Assembly: GCA_963755425.1 (NCBI GenBank)
Contig: CAVWJI010000002.1
Coordinates: forward strand, 453,244-517,243
Origin: an uncultured Gemmatimonadales bacterium
Lineage (GTDB): Bacteria > Gemmatimonadota > Gemmatimonadetes > Gemmatimonadales > GWC2-71-9
Direction of reading: 5' to 3'
DNA length: 64,000 nt
Positions within the stretch are counted from its first letter, which is position 1. Every line of letters begins with the position of its first letter. The notes under the pieces were generated by a model that was not told where the DNA came from, did not search any database, and saw only the letters and a list, made by a program, of their open reading frames with translations. This document shows, in pieces, positions 1 to 11,056 of the stretch. A program made the translations under genes and the position numbers.

Positions 1-907
1 GCGCGCCGGTGCTGTACGTGATCTTCGCGCCACTCCACCGCCGGCTGGTGGCGTGGACCGGGCATCGGTCGATTTCCGCGGGCATCGTGGTGGCGGTGGC
101 GGTGATCGCCGTGGTCGTGCCGCTCGCATGGCTGGTGTCGCTGCTGGTCGGGCAAGCGCAGGACGCCGTGACGGCGATCGTCAAGTCGCCGGTGCTGGAC
201 AGACTCGACACCATTCACGTCGGCAAGTACGACTTCGGCCCGCAGCTGCGCGACGCCGGCGCCCATCTGGTATCGCTGGCCGGAGGCAGCGTGATGTCGC
301 TCCTCGGCAGCGCCACCAAGGTGACGCTCGACGCGCTGTTCGCGTTCTTCGGCCTGTATTACCTCCTGATCGATCCGCGATCGATCGTGGCAGCGGTTGC
401 GGCCGTACATCCCGTTCTCCGACAGCAGCGTCGAGCAGCTGCATCGCCGCTTCGCCGACGTCACCATGTCGATGGTCATCGGCAGCGGCATCTCGGCGTT
501 GCTGCAGGGCGCGATGATGGCTCTGGCGTTTACCGTGTTCCGGCTGGAGAATGCCGTGTTCTGGGGTGCGGTGGTGGCGGTGCGTGGCGTTGCTCCCGGC
601 GGTGGGGAGCGCGATGGTCTGGATTCCGGCGGCGCTGGTGCTGTTCGTCCGCGATCGACCGGTGGCGGGCGTGCTGCTGGTGGTGTGGGGTGCGGGCATC
701 GGTGCGCTGATCGATCACGTGTTCCGGCCGTACGTCTCCGGGCGCTACGCGCATATTCACCCACTGCTGATTCTGGTCGGTGCAATCGTCGGCGTCACGT
801 ACCTCGGCGTGATCGGGTTGCTGCTCGGTCCGCTGATGCTGTCGTACTTCTTCGAGATCCTGGTGCTCTACCAGAAGGAATATCTGCGCAAGCCGGTACG
901 CGCCTGA
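1..907 (+). pseudogene. AI-2E family (PerM-like) transporter. The 5' end lies outside the window and the coding sequence is spread over three frames as sequenced.
   Basis: ORFs 9..710, 397..951 and 551..907 carry consecutive pieces of one polytopic permease (..FFGLYYLLIDP | RPYIPFSDSSVEQLHRRFADVTMSMVIGSG..AVFWGAVVAV | ALLPAVGSAMVWIPAALVLF..LGPLMLSYFFEILVLY). Frame switches lie near 375-385 and 575-585. Confidence 0.7.
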
Positions 908-1013
908 GCGCCGCGGGCCGTACCGCTTGTCCCCGCGAACAGCCGGGCTGAACGACGATCGCCGCCGATATTCCGGCGGCGATCGTCGTTGCAGCGCAAT
1001 GATACCGCGGACG

Positions 1014-2267
<1,254 letters not shown>

Positions 2268-2471
2268 CCCTCTCCTCCGAGTTGGCCGGGCCCGGAGCGT
2301 TCCGGACCTCGCGGATTGGCACGGATCGCCCGCCTGGCCGGCCTGCCGGACGGTGGATCCGCTTCTTGCGAACGACAACTTAGTCACAAAACGTCCCAAC
2401 GGGAGACGGTCGCGCCGGAAAAAAGGACACCATTACATTGTTGCCCGGTTCGATGGAGGTCGATCATCCGG

Positions 2472-3161
2472 ATGTTGAAGATGGTAAAATGGGCCGGTCC
2501 GAGGCCGGCCCGTAGCACGCCGTTGTGCGTCGCGCTGGCAATGTCGGCCCTGCTGGCCGGGCGTGCGCATGCCCAATGGCGGTTGAGCGTCTGGTTCGGC
2601 GATGCCTGGAACGCCCCGACGCCGGTGACGTTCTCGCAGGCGGGGCAGCCGGACATCACCGCCAAGGCCGACTGGTCGACCCGGCCGTGGGAGCCACCTG
2701 GTACTACGCCGGCCGGATCGCGAAGTGGTCGGGCAACGAGGCATGGGCGTTCGAGTACATGCACCACAAGCTCTATCTCGACAATCCGCCAGCCGGATGT
2801 GAGCTATTTCCGGATCACCAACGGGGTCAACAACCTGCTCGCCGAGCATCTGTGGCGATCGCACGGCTGGGACTACGGCGTGGGCGCGGGTCCGGCGTTC
2901 GTGGTGCCGATCAGCCAGGTTCGCGGCAAGGAATACGATCACGCCGACGGGATCTTCGAGTCACGCTACGAGTTCGGCGGTGGGACCGTGCAGCTCAACC
3001 TGCAGCGGCCCATCAGGTTGCTGCCGTTTCTCTCCGGGTCGCTGGCCCTGAAGGGGACGGCGTCCTACCTGCGCGTCCGCATCGCCGACGGGCATGCCCG
3101 GCTGGTCAACCTCGCCCTTCACGTGCAATACGGGATCTCGCTGCAGGCACCGCGGCGGTAG
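2472..3161 (+). pseudogene. Outer-membrane beta-barrel protein, family unassigned (PagL/OmpW-like is a guess). Two frame switches as sequenced.
   Basis: ATG at 2472. Signal-like N-terminus ..LCVALAMSALLAGRAHAQ. Alternating hydrophobic strands. The middle segment WYYAGRIAKWSGNEAWAFEYMHHKLYLDNPPA is readable only in the frame of ORF 2525..3487, while both flanks are in ORF 2316..3161. Switches lie near 2690-2700 and 2790-2800. Confidence 0.5.
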
Positions 3162-3503
3162 CAAAGGTCTTGCTCCCGACGTCACGATGGCGGGCGACAG
3201 CCCCGCAGAATGATGATCGCGATGGCGCTCTCCGTAGTAAATTTCCGGCACTCCACGCTGGCCTGGGCATTCCGGATTCGACGTCCGGCGAACGCTTCGG
3301 GACCGGCCCACATCGGAACAAGGGACGGGGCGACATGGCGGCAGAACCACCGAAGAAGAAGCTGAAGAAGCACGGCCCAAAGCCGGAGACCTCGCCGCCC
3401 GCTGGTCCATGGGACAAGGCCGCGTCCCGGGCCCTTCATCGGCCGCCGCCACCGCCCCAGAAGCGCATCGGCAGGAAGCGGCCCTGATGAGGTAGCGGGC
3501 CGC

Positions 3504-3548
3504 TTGCGGAACGGCGCCGATGTCTGCATAATCATGCATTATGCAGAC
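3504..3548 (+). promoter_or_regulatory. Putative argG promoter (TTGCGG-17 nt-CATAAT) overlapped by an 11-bp perfect inverted repeat, a candidate ArgR operator
   Basis: TTGCGG at 3504-3509 and CATAAT at 3527-3532 with a 17-nt spacer. GTCTGCATAAT (3522-3532), CATGC spacer, ATTATGCAGAC (3538-3548). The right arm contains the argG ATG (3541). This is a local AT-rich patch in GC-rich DNA, and argR is the last gene of the operon. Confidence 0.6.
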
Positions 3549-4750
3549 AAAGCTCCTCGCCCTCGCCTTCTCCGGCGGCCTCGATACCTCGTACTGCGTC
3601 CCCGCCCTCGCCGAGCGCGGCTTCGCCGTCCATACCGTCTTCGTCAACACCGGCGGCACCTCGGCCGCGCAACGCGCCGCGATCGCGGCACAGGCGAAGG
3701 CGGTCGGCGCCGTCGCCCACCACGAGGTGGACGCCCGCGCGGCGGTGTTCGACCGCTTCGTCCGTTACCTCATCCAGGGCAACGTCCTTCGCGGCGAGGT
3801 CTACCCGCTGTCGGTGGCCGCCGAGCGGACCCAGCAGGCCATCTCGGTCATCGAGGTGGCGCGCGAAATCGGCGCCGGCGCGGTGGCGCACGGTTCCACC
3901 GGCGCCGGCAACGACCAGATCCGCTTCGACATCGCCTTCCGGGTGCTGGCGCCGGAGCTCGACGTGATCACGCCGATCCGCGAGGGCGCGCTGTCCCGGG
4001 AAGAGTCGACCGCCTACCTGGTGGCGCGTGGCCTGCCGGTGCCGCCCAGGTCCGGCGCATATTCGATCAACCGCGGGCTCTGGGGCACCACCTGGGGCGG
4101 CGGCTGGACTCACGATTCGTGGGCGCCGCCGCCGCCCGAACTGCTCGATCCGCCGGACGAACGCCCCCGCTCCGGCCGATCTGGTGCTGGCGTGGCAGGA
4201 GGGCGTGCCTGTCGCGCTCGACGGCACGACGATGGCGGGGCACGCCGTCGTCGACGCGCTGAGTGAACGCGCGGCGCCATACGGCATCGGCCACGGCATC
4301 CACGTCGGCGAGACGGCGCTCGGCATCAAGGGCCGCATCGGATTCGAGGCGGCCAGCGCGCTGATCCTCGTGGCCGCGCACCGCGAGCTCGAGAAACTGG
4401 TACTCACCAAGTGGCAGCTGTTCTGGAAGGATCATCTCGGGCGCTTCTACGGCGACCGCCTGCACGAAGGCCACTACTTCGACCCCGCATTGCGCGACAT
4501 CGAGGCGCTGATGACGTCGTCGCAACGGCGCGTGTCGGGCGAGACGCGCGTGCGGCTTGGCCCCGGGCGCTTCCTGGTGACCGGTGCGCAATCACCGTAT
4601 TCGATGATGGATCGCGCCGTGGCTACCTACGGCGAGGAGCATCGGCTCTGGACCGGAGACGAGGCGAAGGCGTTCGCGCAGGTGGGGGCCATTCCCGAAC
4701 TGCTCGCCACCCGCGCCGCGGTCCGGGCGCACGCCGGCCAGGAGCAGTAG
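3541..4750 (+). pseudogene. argG: Argininosuccinate synthase, with one frame switch as sequenced
   Basis: MQTKLLALAFSGGLDTSYC (SGGLDTS ATP-PPase motif) and GSTGAGNDQIRF. The C-terminal half (LVLAWQEGVPVALDG..HGIHVGETALGIKGRIGFEAASALIL) continues in ORF 4028..4750. The switch is at the CCCCC run 4164-4168. Confidence 0.93.
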
Positions 4751-4754
4751 CGCC

Positions 4755-5838
4755 ATGGTCGTGACCACACGGGTCCGGCTCGACCGGATCGCCTCGTCGA
4801 CGAAGAACGCGGCGCTGATGCACGACGTGATCGTCGGCGACGAGATCGTCGCCGCCGAAGGCTACGTGCTGGCGGTGCGGATCCTGACCGACAAGTCGAC
4901 ATACAACACGGTCGAAGACCTGTCCGGACGGATGGTGCGGGTACATGCCGGCGACGTGCTGGCCGGCACGCTCGGTGCACGCCGTGCACTGCGCGGCTAT
5001 GCCGGCGAGGTGCCGAAGACGCTTGCCGTCGGCGACACGATCGACGTGCTGAACCTCGGCGGAATCCTCGGGCGGTGCACCTCGGCCAATCCCGAGATCG
5101 GGCCGCCATTCCGGGCCGAAGTGCTCGGCGCGGTGCTCGCCTTCCCGGAACTCGGCGACCGCATCGGCCGGCCGGCCACCATCCGCGACCACGCCGTGCC
5201 GCCGGCCGACGAGCTCGCCTGCCGGATCCCGGTGGTCTATGTCGCCGGCACCTGCATGAACGCCGGCAAGACGGTCGCGGCGACGGAACTGGTGCGCGGG
5301 CTGACCCGCGCGGGCCACCGCGTCGGTGCGGTCAAGCTGACCGGCGTCTCGCTGATGCGCGATGCCCTCTCGATGCTCGACGCCGGCGCCGTCGCGGCGC
5401 TCACGTTCAACGACGCCGGCGCGGCCAGCACCCACGCCGGCATGACGGTGCCGATTGCGCGCGGGCTCTTCAACCGCGTTGCCGATCCGCGCGGCGCTCA
5501 CCCCGACGTGATCGTGGCGGAACTGGGCGACGGCATCCTCGGCGAATACGGCGTGCAGGACATCCTCGCACGCCGAAGACCTGATGGCGCTCGGCGCGGC
5601 GTACGTGATGGCGGCACCGGATCCGGTGGGCTGCTGGGGCGCGCTGCAGCTGATGCAGCACCAGTTCCATCTCCCGATCACCGCCTTCACCGGGCCGGCC
5701 ACGGACAACGAGGTCGGTCGGAGCTACGTTGCGGCCGAACTCGGCGTGCCGGCGCACAACGCGCTGCGCGACGCGTCGGGCCTGGTGACGTGCGTCGGCC
5801 ACGCGATCGACGCCTGGCGCGGCGCGGCGGCGGCATGA
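4755..5838 (+). pseudogene. Conserved hypothetical protein 'X' of the arg operon, with a BioD/DUF1611-like P-loop domain (GTCMNAGKT). Function unknown. One frame switch as sequenced.
   Basis: ATG at 4755, 4 nt after the argG stop. The stop at 5836-5838 overlaps the argC ATG (ATGA). The first ~275 aa are in ORF 4755.. and the last 84 aa in ORF 5584..5838, with the switch near 5567-5573. The motif VYVAGTCMNAGKTVAATELV has the G-x5-GKT spacing of dethiobiotin-synthase/DUF1611-type SIMIBI P-loops. I recognised no other family motif. Confidence 0.65.
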
Positions 5839-6859
5839 AGGTGGCCGTGCTGGGCGGCGCCGGGTACGTCGGCGGCGAATTGCTGCGCCTGCTGCTGGAG
5901 CATCCCGATGTGACCGAACTGGTGGCAACGTCGCGCTCACAGGCCGGCAGGCCGATCGCCGAGGTGCATCCCGCGCTGCAATTGCTGACCGAGGCCCGCT
6001 TCGCGTCGCACGCCCCGGCCGACGCCGCACGCGGGCAGGACGTGGTGTTCCTGGCGCTCGAGCACGGCGAGTCGTCGCAGATCATGGGATCGCTGCTCGA
6101 CGCCGGGCCGGGAATGATCATCGACCTCGCCGCCGATTTCCGGATCACGGACGGGCGGCTGCACGAGCGCTACTACGGCGCGCATCCGGCGCCCGAGCTG
6201 GTGCACCGGTTCGTCTACGGGCTCGCCGACGTGCTGGGCGACAGCCTGCGCGGTGCGACGCACATCGCGGCCCCCGGCTGCTTTGCCACGGCGGCGCAGC
6301 TGGCGCTCTACGGCGTGGCCGACCTGCCGCTCGCCGCGGTGCCATCGATCTTCGCGATCACCGGATCGAGCGGTGCGGGCCAGACGCCGCGCCCCACCAC
6401 GCACCATCCGGCGCGGGCGCACAACGTCTTTGCCTATGCCGCCATGTCGCACCGCCACGAAGGCGAGATCCTCGAGCAGTGGCGGCGCTGGCGGCAGATG
6501 ATCAGGCGCGCGCGCGCCTCATGTGCCACGCCGGCCCGTTCGTGCGCGGCATCTACGCCACCGCCCATGTGCAATTCGCCGAGCCGGTGCCGGACGCGGC
6601 GGCGCACGTCGCGGCGCGCTTTGCCGGGCGGCCGTTCGTCCGGGTGCTGCCGGCTCCGCCGGAACTCACGCACGCGGTGGGCACGAACATGGCGCTGCTG
6701 CACGCGGCGGTGTCGCCGGACGGCACCGAGGCGCAGGTGATGTGCGCCATCGACAATCTGGTCAAGGGTGCCGGCGGACAGGGGATCCAGGCGATGAACC
6801 TGGCGCTCGGACTCGACGAGCGCACCGGCCTGCTGAAGGGAGCACCGTTTCCATGCTGA
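5835..6859 (+). pseudogene. argC: N-acetyl-gamma-glutamyl-phosphate reductase, with one frame switch as sequenced
   Basis: MKVAVLGGAGYVGGELLRLL (NAD-binding fold). Catalytic Cys motif IAAPGCFATA. The tail PFVRGIYATAHV..IDNLVKGAGGQGIQAMNLALGL is in ORF 6479..6859. The switch is near 6478-6482. Confidence 0.92.
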
Positions 6860-8005
6860 CCGAAACCGACACCGCACTGCTGCCGGTCTACGCCACCTTT
6901 CCGCTCCGCGCCGTAGCGGGACATGGTTCGTGGCTGGTGGACGAAGACGGCAACGAATGGCTCGACGCCTATGGCGGGCACGCGGTGGCGAGCTCGGGGC
7001 ATTCCCATCCCGACGTGGTCCGCGCCATCGCCGACCAGGCGGCGCAGTTGATCTTTTACTCCACCGCCGTGCCGCACGCGGCGCGCGAGGAGCTGGCCGA
7101 CAAGCTCGCTTCGCTCGTCGCCCGATCCGCTCGGCAAGGTGTTCTTCTGCAACTCGGGGGCGGAAGCCAACGAGAACCAGCTCGGGCTGGCGCGCCGCAA
7201 GACCGGCCGCACCACGGTGGTCACCATGCTCGGTGGCTGGCACGGCCGCACCGCGGCAACGCTGGCATGCACCGACGGTGCAAAGTACGAGGCGGGCGCG
7301 AAGCGGGCCGGCGTGCCGCTTTCGCGCCGGGTGCCGTTCAACGACATCGCGGCGCTGGAGGCCGCGGTGGACGACAGCGTGGCGGCGGTGCTGCTCGAAC
7401 CGATCCAGGGGTTCTCGGGCGCGCGCTCCGCCACGACGGAATTTCTCCAGGCCGCACGCGAGATCTGCGATCGCACCGGCGCAAAGCTGCTGTTCGACGA
7501 GGTGCAGTGCGGGTCGGGACGCACCGGACGATTCACGGCGGCGGAGTACTTCGGCGTCACACCGGACGCCATCGCGCTGGCGAAAGGACTGGCGGCCGGC
7601 CTGCCGATCGGCGCCGTGATCGCTGCACCATCGCTGGTCGACGACATCCACGTCGGCGACCTCGGCTCGACCTTCGGTGGCGGACCGGTGCCGTGCGCCG
7701 CCGCGCTCGCGAACATCGGCGTGATGGAACGCGAGCATCTGCTGGAAAACGTCCGCGACGTCAGCGCGATGGTGCAGGCAGAGGCGGCGCGCCTGCCGCA
7801 TGTCGTCGCGGTCCACGGCGCCGGCTTCCTGCTCGGACTCGAACTCGATCGCCCCGCCGCCGACGTGCAGCGCGCGCTCTGGGCGGAACGGATCCTGACC
7901 GGCACGTCGACCGACCCGAAGACGCTGCGGCTGCTGCCGCCGCTCTCGTTCGCCAGCGACGAGGCGGAACTGCTCCTCGCCGGATTGCGGCAGGTGCTGG
8001 CGTGA
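6853..8005 (+). pseudogene. argD: Acetyl/succinyl-ornithine aminotransferase (class III PLP aminotransferase), with one frame switch as sequenced
   Basis: LDAYGGHAVASSGHSHPDVV, then KVFFCNSGAEANE and LLFDEVQCGSGRTGRF in ORF 7139..8005. The ATG at 6853 overlaps the argC end by 7 nt. The switch is near 7117-7123. Confidence 0.9.
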
Positions 8006-9015
8006 GCGCGCCCGACTTCCTGGCGATGGAAGACTGGCCCGCGGCGGCGATCGACGACCTGCTCGACCTGGCAGCCCGGTGCAAGCGCGGCGAGATCAGC
8101 GGCGGCCTGGAGCGCAAGGTGCTGGCGATGATGTTCATGGATCCATCGCTCCGCACCAGGTCTTCGATGGAGATCGCGATGTTCCTGCACGGCGGCCACG
8201 CCCTCTGCCTCGAGCCGGGGCGCGGCAGCTGGACGCTCGAAACCGATCTCGACGCGGTAATGGACGGCACGGCCGTCGAGCACATCATCGAGGCGGCGCG
8301 GGTGCTGGCACGGTACGCCGACGCGCTCGCGGTCCGGACGTTTCCCAAGGGGACCGACTGGAGCGTCGAGCGGGAGGACCGGACAATCCGCAACTTTGCG
8401 CGGTACTGCGACAAGCCGGTGATCAACCTCGAGTCGTCGCGGCGGCACCCATGCCAGGGCCTGGCCGATGCGCTCACGCTGCGCGAACACCTCGGCGAGC
8501 CGCGCGGCAAGCGATTCGTGCTGATGTGGGCGTGGCACCCCAAGGCGCTGCCCACCGCGGTTCCGGCCAGTGCCGCGATCGCCGCGGCGCACCTCGGCAT
8601 GCAAGTCACCGTGGCACGGCCGCCGGGGTACGACCTCGACCCCGACGATTACCGCGTCATTGCGGACATCGCCGATGCGCGCGGCGGATCGTTCGAGATC
8701 ACCGACGATCTCGACGGCGCCATCGCCGGTGCGCACGCGGTGTATCCCAAGTCGTGGGGATCGCTGGAATGCTTCGGCCGCCCCGACGAGGAGCGGGCGC
8801 GGCGCGAGGGGCGGCGCGACTGGCGGCTCACCGCCGACCGGATGCGCGAAACGGCTGACGGGCACGGCATCGCGATGCACTGCCTGCCGGTGCGGCGCAA
8901 CGTGGAGATCGACGGCGCGGTGCTCGACGGGCCGCAGAGCGCCGTGATCGACGAAGCCGAGAACCGCCTGCACGTCCAGCGCGCCCTGCTGCTCCGCCTG
9001 CTCGAACAATCGGGA
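8002..9015 (+). CDS. argF: N-acyl (acetyl or succinyl)-L-ornithine carbamoyltransferase, ArgF' type. No in-frame stop precedes argB as sequenced.
   Basis: The GTG at 8002 overlaps the argD stop (GTGA); an alternative ATG lies at 8026. Motifs SLRTRSS, RRHPCQGLAD and MHCLPVRRN are characteristic of the AOTCase/SOTCase branch rather than canonical OTCase. The C-terminus reads ..DEAENRLHVQRALLLRLLEQSG. Confidence 0.85.
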
Positions 9016-10008
9016 ATGAACCGCAGAACTCCGCTCGAGGTAACGATCATGGTCAACGGCGAAGAGCGCCGCCTGTCGCTCGACACCAGCCGGGGGATTC
9101 CGGGCCTCAAGGGCGCACTGCGCTACGTGCGCGCCTATCGCGATCACGTGTTCGTGGTCAAGCTCGGCGGCGAGGTGCTCTCCGACCGGCACATCCTCGA
9201 CCAGGTGGCCGGGCAGCTCGCGCTGCTGGCGTCGTTGTCCATCCGCCTGGTGGTGGTCCACGGCGGCGGCCCGCAGGCCACCGCACTGTCGCGTCGGCTG
9301 GGGATGGAGCCGCAGATGGTCGGCGGCCGGCGGGTCACCGACGACGCGGGACTCGAAGTGGCCGTCATGGTCTACCGCGGACTACTCAACACCGAGCTGG
9401 TTTCGGCGCTGCACCGCAACGGCGTTGCAGCGGCGGGGCTCTCGGGTGTGGACGGCGACCTGCTGGCCGCCCACCGCCGCCCGCCCGTGAACATCGTGGA
9501 CGACGACGGCGTGGAACGCGTCGTCGACTTCGGCCATGTCGGCGACATCGACAACGTCGACACGCGGCTGCTGGTGACGCTGATGAACGCGCGATTCGTG
9601 CCGGTCGTCTCGTCGCTGGCGGGCGACGCCGACGGCAACGTCTACAACGTCAACGCCGACACCGTCGCCGAGTCGCTCGCCATCGCGCTCGGGGCGCAGA
9701 AGCTGATCTTCCTCACCGGCGCGCCCGGCGTACTGCGCGACCGCAACGATCCGTCGACGCTGGTGACCTTCGCCGATCCCGACGACCTGGCCGAACTGAT
9801 GGCGACCGGCGCGCTGGCTGGCGGGATGAAGCCCAAGGTCGAAGCGTGCATTCGCGCGGCTACCGGCGGCGTGGAACGCACTCACATCATCGACGGCCGG
9901 GTGCCGGACGCGCTGCTGCTCGAGGTGTTCACCGGCGCCGGCTGCGGCACCATGATCGTCGGCCGCAAGGAGAAGGCGACCTATCTTGGCGTCGACCTCG
10001 CTGACTGA
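9016..10008 (+). CDS. argB: Acetylglutamate kinase
   Basis: ATG at 9016 within GGAATGAAC. Amino-acid-kinase motifs VFVVKLGGEVL, VVVHGGGPQ, NVNADTVAESLA and GCGTMIV. It lies in the same frame as argF'. Confidence 0.9.
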   Translation: MNRRTPLEVTIMVNGEERRLSLDTSRGIPGLKGALRYVRAYRDHVFVVKLGGEVLSDRHILDQVAGQLALLASLSIRLVVVHGGGPQATALSRRLGMEPQMVGGRRVTDDAGLEVAVMVYRGLLNTELVSALHRNGVAAAGLSGVDGDLLAAHRRPPVNIVDDDGVERVVDFGHVGDIDNVDTRLLVTLMNARFVPVVSSLAGDADGNVYNVNADTVAESLAIALGAQKLIFLTGAPGVLRDRNDPSTLVTFADPDDLAELMATGALAGGMKPKVEACIRAATGGVERTHIIDGRVPDALLLEVFTGAGCGTMIVGRKEKATYLGVDLAD

Positions 10009-11056
10009 AATCGAGCTGCTCCGCGACCTGGTGGCGGTGCCGTCGATCAGCGGCGCCGAAGCCGATGTCGCGGCGTTGCTCGAAGCCACGGCGCGCCGAC
10101 TCGGCCTCGACGTGGTGCGCGACGAGACCAGTGTCCGCATGGCCGTCGGCGACGAGAACGCGGGCCCGACGCTGGCTCTGGCGTCGCATCTCGACGTCGT
10201 GCCGCCGGGAGAAGGATGGACCCGCGATCCGTTCAGCCCGGTCATCGAGGACGGGCAATTGTTCGGCCGCGGCAGCAGCGACGCCAAGGCATCGGTGAGC
10301 GCGATGGTGATGGCGCTCGCCGACGTGGCCAGCACCGGCGGAGTGCGTGGCCGGGTGCTGGGGATCTTCTCCTACGGCGAGGAGACGCGTGACGCCACCA
10401 TGCCGGCCGCGTTGGCGCGCGCCGGGCGTCTCGACGCGGCGCTGGTGGGCGAACCGACCAGTCTCGCGTTCGCCATAGCCCAGCGCGGACTGATGATGGT
10501 CGACCTGGTAACGCACGGCGTGCAGCGCCACGCCGGATATGCCGGGCGTGACGGCGGCACCAACGCGATCACCGCGCTGGCGCAACAGCTGGTGAGGCTC
10601 GACGGACTCGTGCCGGAACGCGTTCATCCATTGCTTGGCGCCGTCACCGTGACCGCGACGATGCTCGAAGCCGGTGTGTCACGCAACGTGACCCCGCCCA
10701 GGGCCAAGGCAGTGCTCGACGTGCGGTCGACACCGGCGTGGACCCACGACGAACTCGAAGCGGCACTCAAGGAACGGCTGCAGGGCGAGGTGATCGTCAC
10801 GTCCAAGCGGCTGGTGCCGTGCGAGACGCCGGCGGGATCGCGGCTGCTCGCGGCCGCGCGCAAGGCGGCTCCCGGGACCGAAGAGTTCGGATCACCAACC
10901 TGTTCCGACTGGTGTTACCTGCGCCATCTCGACGCCATCAAGGTGGGACCGGGTACCTCGCGCCGATCACACACGCCCGACGAGTCGGTCGACGTGGCCG
11001 AAGTCACTGCCGCGCGCGCACTCTACACCGCCATCGCCAGGGAGTATCTCGCATGA
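9986..11056 (+). CDS. argE: M20-family deacylase (acetylornithine/acetylcitrulline deacetylase-like)
   Basis: Intact 356-aa ORF with SHLDVVPPGEGW and GRGSSDAKASV (M20 metal/catalytic motifs). Operon context supports the call, and the stop overlaps the argH ATG (ATGA at 11053). Confidence 0.8.
   Translation: MASTSLTEIELLRDLVAVPSISGAEADVAALLEATARRLGLDVVRDETSVRMAVGDENAGPTLALASHLDVVPPGEGWTRDPFSPVIEDGQLFGRGSSDAKASVSAMVMALADVASTGGVRGRVLGIFSYGEETRDATMPAALARAGRLDAALVGEPTSLAFAIAQRGLMMVDLVTHGVQRHAGYAGRDGGTNAITALAQQLVRLDGLVPERVHPLLGAVTVTATMLEAGVSRNVTPPRAKAVLDVRSTPAWTHDELEAALKERLQGEVIVTSKRLVPCETPAGSRLLAAARKAAPGTEEFGSPTCSDWCYLRHLDAIKVGPGTSRRSHTPDESVDVAEVTAARALYTAIAREYLA

Noticed and set aside
3335-3487. 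51-aa Lys/Pro-rich ORF (MAAEPPKKKLKKHGPKPETSPP..) upstream of argG.
   Set aside because: It has no clear SD, no recognisable family and low complexity. It lies within a longer spurious frame (2525..3487). It could be a real small basic protein, but I cannot support that.
6553-9261. 902-aa minus-strand ORF antisense to argC/argD/argF'. Similar long antisense ORFs occur at 50623..53478, 38021..39721, 25351..26871, 35115..37037 and 44872..46581.
   Set aside because: These are shadow ORFs typical of ~70% GC DNA. They are Arg/Ala/Gly/Pro-rich low-complexity translations with no motifs, and they fully overlap genes with strong family signatures on the other strand.
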